Positions 17,748 through 25,872 of a stretch of 64,000 bases of DNA are shown one piece after another (positions within the stretch are counted from its first letter, which is position 1; each line of letters starts with the position of its first letter). This DNA comes from a virus (taxonomy: Duplodnaviria; Caudoviricetes). The notes under the pieces were generated by a model that was not told the DNA's origin, did no database searches, and worked only from the letters and a program-made list of their open reading frames with translations. The position numbers and the translations under genes are program-made. Location: the IMG/VR virus record IMGVR_UViG_3300029288_000008, positions 21,550 to 85,549 of that record; one strand, 5' to 3'.

Positions 17748-19889
17748 ATGGAAAATAAAGTTGTAGAGTCGAGTGTACAAGTCAAAGATAGGAATTATTG
17801 GAATTCTACCATTTTTAGAATGGCGGCACAATACGATATAACGCCAACTTGGTGGACTCCTAGCAGGGATGCATTCTTTAGGGGATACTGGTATCAAGAG
17901 GACTTTCTGGCAAGTGCCATCTATGCCATTGCGAACCGTAACGCTGCCTTTGGTTGGCAATTAACCGGATTAGATGATGATGTAAAAAGAGCACAGCAGC
18001 TTTTGCAGTTTGCAGAATTTGGAGAGGGTTGGCAACAACTCATAATTAAAACTTCTACCGACCTGCTAACACAGGATAACGGGGCATTTATAGAAGTTAT
18101 CCGACCGGCCAGGGTAAGAATTGACGGTAAATCTTTACCAGCAGTTAAAGAGTATTATGAAAGCGATAATGCAGAATGGTTTGCATTCGATGGCGGCAAA
18201 AGAATAGCGGCAAAGGGCTACGATGTATATGATTCTCCATTAGACTTACCCATTGGGATTGCTCATTTAGATTCTGGGCAATGTCAAAGAACTGGCGACC
18301 CTGAGACACCCGTTTTATATACCGATAGGAACGGAAAAAAACACGCCTTAAAATGGTGGCAAGTTTTAATGTTCAATGAGATGCCGTCACCGATTGAAAA
18401 AATGAATGGGGTTGGAATGTGTGCAGTATCGCGCCTGTTTAGGTCAAGCCATATCATGCAATCCATATCTCTATACAATGATGAAAAGATAAGTGGGCGT
18501 TTTAACCGGGCTGTATTTCTGACAAATGTAGACCCGGATACAATCAATGATGCCATTGCCCTTGCAGAGAATGACGCCGATAATAAAGGACTAATCCGAT
18601 ACAGCCAACCGATTGTAGCAGCAACGCTTGATCCGACTTCGCAAGTATCCCTAGAAACAATAAACCTTGCAGAAATACCCGACAACTTTAATTTCAATGA
18701 TGTACAGAACTGGTATATTGCAAATCTAGCCCTAGCTTTGGGTGTTGATTATGGTTTCCTTGCGCCGTTACCGGGTAAGGGTTTGGGAAGTGCTTCACAG
18801 TCTGAAACGATGGAAAGACAATCTAGGGGAAAGTCAAGCCGTCTGTTTATGGACATGATTTCTAATGCAGTAAACTTCAAGGGGATTTTACCAGAATCGG
18901 TACAGTTTGAATTTATCGAAAAGGATTCTGAAGAAGATGCTAGAATCGAAAAAGTAAGAATGGATAGGGCAAAGCGGTATCAGGTTTATGGGGAAATGGG
19001 ATGGATAACACCAACCGTAGCACAACAAATGCTTGCCGATGAAGGGGACATACCAGAGGTTTATGTGGAACAGATGGGGCAAGAGGACACAACCCCCGTA
19101 ACCACTACTGAAGGGGACGAAAACGTAGAGGCAACAGAAGAACAAGCTGAAGGAATAGAAGAAAGTGAGCAAGTCAAAGAAAGACAAAAACAACTATTCA
19201 AAAGACCGTCGTTGGTTAAACGTATTAAAAATGTTACGGCAAAAATTTTCAAGAAAAAACAAGTCGAAGCCCCGGAAGTAGATAACCAATCATTGCAAGA
19301 AGCTTTGGATAATTATTCTGAGGAACTAGAAACCCTTACCCTAAGAGCCAATAATGGCGAGTTGACACAAGCCGAATTTGAGAATCAGCTATCAAATATG
19401 GTTACACTTTCTCTAATGGCTATCTATTCTCAAATGGTGGGGAAAGACCCCGAGGACTTTACAGAAGAAGAACAAGACCGATTGGATGAATACGTTAATG
19501 TAAACCTTGAAAGTGTAGGGCAATTAGCAGATGATATTTACTCGGATAAGTACCAGGATACAGAAGATCGGGATGGAACGGCGATGTTGTTGGTAAGGAT
19601 GGGTTTATGGGTAATGAATGCTTATGCTCTAGCTACATTGGGGATGTTGAATAACCCATCAAATCAAGAAAATAAATTACGATGGAACTTAGGAACGGCG
19701 GAGCATTGTTCTACTTGTTTGGCTTTAGATGGTCAAATTCATACAGTTAGCGAGTGGAATGATAGCGGATTCTATCCAGGAAATACCAGTTTACTGCTAT
19801 GCAATGGCTTTAACTGCGCATGCAGATTTTCGGACGTAAGTCCGAGTACGCCAAGTCAAGGAAGTTTTAATTCAGTTCCAACTAAATAA
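17748..19889 (+). CDS. Portal protein fused to a MuF/gp7-like minor head domain
   Basis: First structural gene after terL; about 460-aa portal-like region, acidic linker, C-terminal W.LG.AEHC..C..LDG...C.G.NC.C.F motif. Confidence 0.75.
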   Translation: MENKVVESSVQVKDRNYWNSTIFRMAAQYDITPTWWTPSRDAFFRGYWYQEDFLASAIYAIANRNAAFGWQLTGLDDDVKRAQQLLQFAEFGEGWQQLIIKTSTDLLTQDNGAFIEVIRPARVRIDGKSLPAVKEYYESDNAEWFAFDGGKRIAAKGYDVYDSPLDLPIGIAHLDSGQCQRTGDPETPVLYTDRNGKKHALKWWQVLMFNEMPSPIEKMNGVGMCAVSRLFRSSHIMQSISLYNDEKISGRFNRAVFLTNVDPDTINDAIALAENDADNKGLIRYSQPIVAATLDPTSQVSLETINLAEIPDNFNFNDVQNWYIANLALALGVDYGFLAPLPGKGLGSASQSETMERQSRGKSSRLFMDMISNAVNFKGILPESVQFEFIEKDSEEDARIEKVRMDRAKRYQVYGEMGWITPTVAQQMLADEGDIPEVYVEQMGQEDTTPVTTTEGDENVEATEEQAEGIEESEQVKERQKQLFKRPSLVKRIKNVTAKIFKKKQVEAPEVDNQSLQEALDNYSEELETLTLRANNGELTQAEFENQLSNMVTLSLMAIYSQMVGKDPEDFTEEEQDRLDEYVNVNLESVGQLADDIYSDKYQDTEDRDGTAMLLVRMGLWVMNAYALATLGMLNNPSNQENKLRWNLGTAEHCSTCLALDGQIHTVSEWNDSGFYPGNTSLLLCNGFNCACRFSDVSPSTPSQGSFNSVPTK

Positions 19890-19904
19890 TTTTTACAATC
19901 AATT

Positions 19905-20150
19905 TTATCGTTTTGTGTTTTCCCATTCGCTGTAATCTTTACAGAATGCCTTAATGGTGTCTTGCACATAATCTATAAGTTCTACAAATGATTTGCCGTA
20001 AGGTGTATTAGCAAACAGAAAACTAAAACAATCGCTATACACCCCATAGTTTTCATTGTCGGTATATTCTATCTCTACCAATACCTTACGATCATACATC
20101 AAACTAGCATGACTTCCCCATCGTTGCTTTTTTGTTTTCCATTCAAACAT
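19905..20150 (-). CDS. Hypothetical protein
   Basis: ORF track; appears paralogous to the neighbour at 20155-20403 (similar VEDLI..FC.D C-terminus). Confidence 0.6.
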   Translation of the reverse strand: MFEWKTKKQRWGSHASLMYDRKVLVEIEYTDNENYGVYSDCFSFLFANTPYGKSFVELIDYVQDTIKAFCKDYSEWENTKR

Positions 20151-20154
20151 AAGA

Positions 20155-20403
20155 TTACCTCATATACCAGATGTTAAAATCAATACAAAAGTTCCTAATT
20201 AAGTCTTCTACCGATTTCTTAACCGTTTCAATATCGGTTGAGCAGAGAGTGGTATCATTGAATCCGAATACATTATCAGACAACATACAGTAGATAAAAA
20301 AGAAGTCTCTCAACTGAATAATCTTAAATGCTAGTAGGTATTTACTAAAGTATAAATAATGCTTGTTGTCCTCTTGCTCCCATCTAAAGTTCATCTTTGA
20401 CAA
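20155..20403 (-). CDS. Hypothetical protein
   Basis: ORF track; AAGGAG RBS. Confidence 0.6.
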   Translation of the reverse strand: MSKMNFRWEQEDNKHYLYFSKYLLAFKIIQLRDFFFIYCMLSDNVFGFNDTTLCSTDIETVKKSVEDLIRNFCIDFNIWYMR

Positions 20404-20497
20404 TCTCCTTTGTTTATGGTATAATGATGCTAATTATAATTATTGTTAAATAATGCATCCAAGCAATCAAAGGCTTATGGTGCATTATTTTTTGTTT
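20397..20497 (+). ncRNA. Promoter + short RNA hairpin unit (family member C)
   Basis: TTGACA-17-TATAAT, then AATAATGCA/TGCATTATT stem and T tract; no downstream + gene. Confidence 0.55.
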
Positions 20498-20498
20498 G

Positions 20499-20957
20499 CT
20501 AATCCCACCAGTTTTGCAGTTTCTCTTTCAGTGTATTGAATACGAATTCAAAGTCTTGTTGTTTAAGATCATCTGAGCGACGGTTTAACGATTGCCAGAT
20601 TTTTAACGCTCTATCATTATCGGTTGAGTCTGGGAAGTGTAATCGAAACGGGTTAGTTGTACCACAGATATAACCGTGTTTTTCATACAGTAGATCATAC
20701 CACTGTTTATTGTAATCATCATTCAGGTATCGCTTTAGCGCATCTAATGCGTCGCCGATTTCTATGGATAGGTCTTTTGCATCTATACATACGGTTAGTT
20801 TATCGTTTGCAAAAAACTCTTGCATATTGTGTAACTTAAACGATAAAATATCGAGTAGATACCCATAATCAAAATCGGCATCATTCCATAAGATCGGTAG
20901 CCAGCGTATAATGTTTTTAAGGCGTCGTATTAGTGTTTTCATCGGTCGGTTCCTCAA
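20499..20957 (-). CDS. Hypothetical phage protein (RWLPILWND.DFDY.YL motif)
   Basis: ORF track; ends in WWD, a recurrent phage protein pattern. Confidence 0.7.
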   Translation of the reverse strand: MRNRPMKTLIRRLKNIIRWLPILWNDADFDYGYLLDILSFKLHNMQEFFANDKLTVCIDAKDLSIEIGDALDALKRYLNDDYNKQWYDLLYEKHGYICGTTNPFRLHFPDSTDNDRALKIWQSLNRRSDDLKQQDFEFVFNTLKEKLQNWWD

Positions 20958-21162
20958 TGATCATAAAGTGAGTAACCACATAATAATTACAGTCAGAAGT
21001 TTTTTCAATATTCTGTGGCAAAAAATAAAATCCGTCATATTCACAAATATCGAAATCTGTAATAACATCTGCGTGCGGCCCAACATAAAATTCAATAAAG
21101 CATAAAACCAATTCGTTTTTGTTTAATACCTTCTCTGCATTCTCTTCCGATTCCCATTTCAT
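20917..21162 (-). CDS. Hypothetical protein, DUF551-like (THFM..EEP)
   Basis: C-terminal VVTHFMIIEEP; AAGGAG RBS. Confidence 0.55.
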   Translation of the reverse strand: MKWESEENAEKVLNKNELVLCFIEFYVGPHADVITDFDICEYDGFYFLPQNIEKTSDCNYYVVTHFMIIEEPTDENTNTTP

Positions 21163-21180
21163 TGTAATATCTCCTTTTCA

Positions 21181-21279
21181 GATATAAAAATGCCCCATAG
21201 ACCGTTTGAGGCTTGGAAGCATTTCTATATTTATAATAATGGTGGTTAGTATTATACCACTAGAATGGCAATTCGTCAA
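21181..21279 (-). promoter_or_regulatory. Promoter + leader hairpin unit (family member D)
   Basis: TTGACG-17-TATAAT; hairpin AAATGCTTCCAAGCC..CAAACGGTCTATGGGGCATTT and T tract. Confidence 0.55.
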
Positions 21280-21646
21280 ATTGTTGTTTAAGTTCAAGTT
21301 GACGTTCTTTTAACAGTTCCTTCCAGACTCTACCAAAAGCTATTTTACGCCCAAGTCGGTAGTTGAAATTGTCAATTGTATTACAATGGGCAACTCCTAC
21401 GAATTCTCTACCGTCTTCTAATACCAAACGGCAGATGGTCATACCACCCCTACCTGACGGTACGAATGTTTTGAAATTGCGCTTGTAGCGGTAAAGCCGA
21501 TCTGATGTATACAAATTGTCGGTATTGCGTTTGTTGTTTTGTTCAGGATAACGCCAATGCTCGTAAATTACTCTAATGACCTTCATTTCAAATTCTCCTT
21601 TTGTAATCAGATAAAAGCATTGTAGCACTATTGTAAAATCTGTCAA
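21260..21646 (-). CDS. Hypothetical phage protein (RGG.TIC...G.A.C...DNF..LGRKIA..R motif)
   Basis: ORF track; true start probably at MKVIRV. Confidence 0.65.
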   Translation of the reverse strand: MTDFTIVLQCFYLITKGEFEMKVIRVIYEHWRYPEQNNKRNTDNLYTSDRLYRYKRNFKTFVPSGRGGMTICRLVLEDGREFVGVAHCNTIDNFNYRLGRKIAFGRVWKELLKERQLELKQQFDELPF

Positions 21647-21713
21647 TACCCAATTTTGATTTAATGTTGTTTTGTGGTATAATGTTTTTTACTCATTAAA
21701 TTTTGGAGGTTAT

Positions 21714-24449
21714 ATGTCTAATCTTGTAGAAAGTTATTTGAATGAATTGGATTGGAGAGTTAGAGAAAACAGTAATGCAAGCTTTTCGTATCAGGGGTTA
21801 AATCAACACGTTGCAACCAGCGTTGTGTCTAAGTATTGGCTGGATAATGTGTATAGTAAAGATGTGGCTAATGCTCATATAAATGGAGATATGCACATAC
21901 ACGATTTGGGAATGTTGACGGCTTATTGTTGCGGATGGGATTTATACGATTTGTTGTCTAGGGGTTTTGGTGGGGTTTATGGTAAAGTGCAAGCAAGTCC
22001 ACCAAAGCACTTTAGCAGCGCATTAGGACAGTTGGTAAACTTTATGTATACGATGGCAGGGGAATTAGCCGGTGCCGTCGCCGTCTCTAACTTTGATACG
22101 TTGCTTGCTCCATTCGTTAGATACGATGGATTAGACTATAAACAAGTTAAACAGTTTATACAAGAGTTTGTGTATAATATGAACGCTCCTACCCGGCTCG
22201 GGTTCCAAAGCGTTTTTTCAAATCTCACTATGGACTTGACGCCTTCTCCTAATTATGTTAATGAGTGTATAGTTATTGGGGGAGAGTTACAAAATCAAAC
22301 CTATGGTGAATTTCAGTTTGAAATGGATTTAATCAATAAAGCGTTTTGTGAAGTGATGTTAGAGGGAGATGCTAAGGGCAGAGTTTTTACATTCCCAATT
22401 CCAACCTATAATTTACACAAGGAATTCGATTGGGAAAATCAAGAGCTATTGTGGAAAATGACCGGTAAGTATGGCGTGCCATATTTTGCAAATTTTATCA
22501 ATAGCGATTTGAAACCAGAAGATACTAGAAGTATGTGTTGTTTTACCGGAAACACAAAAATCATATATAGTTACAATGACACAAAATCAATTTCGACATT
22601 TCAAAAGTTAAGCACAAAAAACTATGATTTTGTGTATGTTCCGATTTATGGAAAATGGGAAAAGGCTAAAGTGATAAAGATTCCGTATAACGGAATGTTC
22701 TACAGAATTAGATTACGAAATGGAGTTGAGATAACAACTACAGACAATCATATAAACGTTACGAATAACGGAAACAAGGAATCAAAAGAGCTTTGCACAG
22801 ACGATTATATTGAATTTAGTAATGGCAATATAGATTTTATCGGATATGGTTCTTATGATTTGGGTTTGTTTGTTGGATTATATTTAGCAGAAGGCTCGCA
22901 CTTGGGAGATGATGCTATTCAACTTACAATCGGAGAAACAGAATTAGATATAGTAGAATTTGTTTCTAATTTCGTTGGAAACAATTTTGCTACACATTGC
23001 TCTGTGTGTCCGGGAACGGGAAAATCATTAACAATAGCTATCAGTGATGTAGTTGTTAGAAAATTTATTGACAGCCTAGTTAGCGGGACGGCATTAACTA
23101 AAAAATTAGTTTTTTGGGACAAACTATCAAGGGATATGTTGCGCGGAATATTTGACGGATGGTTTTGGGGAGATGGAAAGAAAAACGGAAGTGAAGCATA
23201 TACTTGTTCAAAAGAGCTTGCAGAACAAATGTTGTTTATTGGAAGAATAATTGGTAAACTGTTAAACATCAGAGAAACAAATAGGGTTACTTCATTTGGA
23301 GAAAAATCATACAACAGTACATTATATTCATTACACGTTTGTGTTAATAGCGATAATGGCGGAAGAATATACATATCGAAAAACAATAAGCTGTATGTAA
23401 AAATAGAATCAATAGACATTGTTCCTAACGCGAATAAAGTTGCTTTCTGTTTTGAAATGATGGGTGCAGAGCCGTATTTTGAACTTCCATCTGGACTTGT
23501 TACTCATAATTGCCGTCTTAGGCTTGACAGAAAACAGTTGACAAGAAGATCGGGCGGTTTGTTTGCCGCTTCTGCTTTGACCGGTTCTGTGGGCGTGGTT
23601 ACTATAAACATTCCTAGAATAGCTTGTAAAGCGCAGTCAATAGAGGAATTTTATACTATGCTTTCAGAAGTTATGGAACTGGCAAAAGAATCATTAGAAG
23701 TTAAACGGGTATTGATTGAAGACTTAACCGGGAAAGGATTGTACCCTTATTCTACCCATTATTTAGATGGGGTTTACGCCGCTCATAAAAAGTATTGGTA
23801 CAATCATTTTAGTACTATCGGTTTAGTGGGGATGAATGAGGCTTGCTTGAATTTGCTTGGAGTTAGCATAGAATCTAATGTGGGTAAGGAGTTCTCAGAA
23901 GAAGTATTACGGTTTATGTTGGATAGGATAACCGAATACCAAAACGAGACTGGGAATTTATATAACCTCGAAGCGTCTCCTTGTGAATCGGCTACATTCA
24001 GAATGGCTAAATGTGATAAAAAATTATATCCTGATATTATCACGGCGGGTACTAGTCAAACTCCATTCTATACTAACAGTACTCAATTGCCAGTTGATAC
24101 CGGCTTTGATATTATTGACGTTTTAGATCATCAGAATTCATTGCAAAGGATGTATACCGGGGGAACGGTTGTTCACCTGCTTTTAGGTGAATCGGTAAAC
24201 AGTTGGGAAACCGTAAGAAATTTTGTTAAAATGGTGGCAACACAGTATGAATTGCCATATTTTACCATAACACCTACTTTCAGCGTGTGCAAAAATCATG
24301 GGTATATAAATGGAGAGGTTTACGAGTGTCTACAGTGCAATGAAAAGACAGAAGTTTATAGTAGAGTAGTTGGCTATCTCAGACCGATAAGTAATTGGAA
24401 CGATGCTAAACAGTTAGAATTTAAGGAGCGCAGTACCTACAAACTTTAG
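21714..24449 (+). CDS. nrdD: Anaerobic (class III) ribonucleoside-triphosphate reductase with intein, no ATP-cone
   Basis: HIHDL, SMC|CRL finger loop, TGSVGVVTINIPR, YTNST, YTGGTV, CxxH..C..C Zn site, YSRVVGYLRP glycyl-radical motif. Confidence 0.93.
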   Translation: MSNLVESYLNELDWRVRENSNASFSYQGLNQHVATSVVSKYWLDNVYSKDVANAHINGDMHIHDLGMLTAYCCGWDLYDLLSRGFGGVYGKVQASPPKHFSSALGQLVNFMYTMAGELAGAVAVSNFDTLLAPFVRYDGLDYKQVKQFIQEFVYNMNAPTRLGFQSVFSNLTMDLTPSPNYVNECIVIGGELQNQTYGEFQFEMDLINKAFCEVMLEGDAKGRVFTFPIPTYNLHKEFDWENQELLWKMTGKYGVPYFANFINSDLKPEDTRSMCCFTGNTKIIYSYNDTKSISTFQKLSTKNYDFVYVPIYGKWEKAKVIKIPYNGMFYRIRLRNGVEITTTDNHINVTNNGNKESKELCTDDYIEFSNGNIDFIGYGSYDLGLFVGLYLAEGSHLGDDAIQLTIGETELDIVEFVSNFVGNNFATHCSVCPGTGKSLTIAISDVVVRKFIDSLVSGTALTKKLVFWDKLSRDMLRGIFDGWFWGDGKKNGSEAYTCSKELAEQMLFIGRIIGKLLNIRETNRVTSFGEKSYNSTLYSLHVCVNSDNGGRIYISKNNKLYVKIESIDIVPNANKVAFCFEMMGAEPYFELPSGLVTHNCRLRLDRKQLTRRSGGLFAASALTGSVGVVTINIPRIACKAQSIEEFYTMLSEVMELAKESLEVKRVLIEDLTGKGLYPYSTHYLDGVYAAHKKYWYNHFSTIGLVGMNEACLNLLGVSIESNVGKEFSEEVLRFMLDRITEYQNETGNLYNLEASPCESATFRMAKCDKKLYPDIITAGTSQTPFYTNSTQLPVDTGFDIIDVLDHQNSLQRMYTGGTVVHLLLGESVNSWETVRNFVKMVATQYELPYFTITPTFSVCKNHGYINGEVYECLQCNEKTEVYSRVVGYLRPISNWNDAKQLEFKERSTYKL
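22539..23510 (+). mobile_element. Intein (324 aa) with LAGLIDADG homing endonuclease
   Basis: N-terminal CFTGNTKI, block B TTDNH, LAGLIDADG motifs GLYLAEG and GWFWGDG, C-terminal THN followed by Cys+1. Confidence 0.93.
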
Positions 24450-24511
24450 GGTATTGACACAAATCGCAGTTGTGATAAAATACGTTTAGTTGATAGATAA
24501 AGGAGAATCCA

Positions 24512-24856
24512 GTGGGTATAAAAGAATTTTTTAGCGAGTTGTTTTCTACGACAAAAGAAGAAATCATTACAGACCTTCAGGTTGAGCTTTATAAAAGAGC
24601 AGGACAGGTAATCAAGCTGTCAGAACAGGTAGAAGCGCAAAAAAATATTATCAAATCTCTTGAAAACAAACACGGTTATTATGTTGGATTTAATGACAAC
24701 AATCTTGAGTCTAGTCATATTTATGCAAACAGAGTTGGATTTTATGATGATAAATATGTGTTTTATCTAGGCGAAAGAGTTGTAGCTATATTAAGTTCTG
24801 AGATTTATAAAGAGGTTATTTTTGTTGAAGATGAAAAGGAGAATGTAAATGAGTGA
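24512..24856 (+). CDS. Hypothetical protein
   Basis: GTG start with AAGGAG RBS and promoter at about 24454. Confidence 0.6.
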   Translation: MGIKEFFSELFSTTKEEIITDLQVELYKRAGQVIKLSEQVEAQKNIIKSLENKHGYYVGFNDNNLESSHIYANRVGFYDDKYVFYLGERVVAILSSEIYKEVIFVEDEKENVNE

Positions 24857-25070
24857 CGGTGAGGGCGTTTTATATGGATGTTTACTTATTGTTGTTTTAA
24901 TGCTTGTTATCGCTGTTTTATCGGCGATTCCTGTTTTGATTCTTTGGAACTGGTTAATGCCTGACTTGTTTGGACTTCAAACAATTAACCTTTGGCAAGC
25001 CATTGGGATTAGCGTTCTTTGTTCACTTCTGTTTAAGTCTAGCGTTCCAAGCAATTCAAGTAATAAGTAA
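24849..25070 (+). CDS. Small membrane protein (LWNWLMP.LFGL..I..WQA.GI motif)
   Basis: Recurrent phage membrane protein pattern. Confidence 0.7.
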   Translation: MSDGEGVLYGCLLIVVLMLVIAVLSAIPVLILWNWLMPDLFGLQTINLWQAIGISVLCSLLFKSSVPSNSSNK

Positions 25071-25274
25071 ACTGTAATCAGATCATATTCAAAAAGACCG
25101 GTGCTAAAATCCGGTCTACATTTTTATCTAAGGAGCGTTATAAATGAATTTGAAGTTTGTTATAGAAAATTGGTTTGAATGGGAGACGTGTAAAGTGAAA
25201 GAATTATGGGGATACTTTTTGAATATTCCGAGTGCGATTAGACACCATAGCCTTATGTGGCACATCAGTGAAAT

Positions 25275-25745
25275 GTGGAGGATACTAAAATGGCAATTGC
25301 GCTTTCACAAAAAAGAATGAATCCGATGGTTTATCTGGGAATGGCGATTATCATTGCTATGATCGCCGTTACCTTCGCTTATGTCTTAAATCAAGAACAC
25401 GCTAACACCAAACATAACGAAGCGGTAATGATTAGGACAAACATTAAGAATAAAGTCTGTCTTGTTGAGAGACTCTATTACAGCCCGGTTAGAGGGACGG
25501 TTTTAGTTCTGTGTCAAATTGATAGTGTCAATTGGGGAGGGTTGCCCATTCGCTTTACTGAGGATTACGGTAAAAAGTTCTTAGGTAAAGATACATACGA
25601 ATGTACTGCTTTTATCGGCAGTTGGAAATATTGGGATAATGTTATCAGGCGTGATACATACCTGAGTCCAGATGATTTTATCCGGTTCGCCGATGGTAAA
25701 GTGTTCTCTGAATTTATAAGGTGGTTTGAAGCTAACTACCGATAG
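25275..25745 (+). CDS. Membrane-anchored hypothetical protein
   Basis: N-terminal TM; GGAGG RBS. Confidence 0.65.
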   Translation: MEDTKMAIALSQKRMNPMVYLGMAIIIAMIAVTFAYVLNQEHANTKHNEAVMIRTNIKNKVCLVERLYYSPVRGTVLVLCQIDSVNWGGLPIRFTEDYGKKFLGKDTYECTAFIGSWKYWDNVIRRDTYLSPDDFIRFADGKVFSEFIRWFEANYR

Positions 25746-25872
25746 ATAGATACAAAAACGATACAACGGATGGTTAAATACCATCCGTTTTTTGTTGCCT
25801 TAATTTGCAAGATAAATTTTATATAAATTTGACTTTGCAATTTTTTGTGTTATAATAAAGAATATAAAGATT

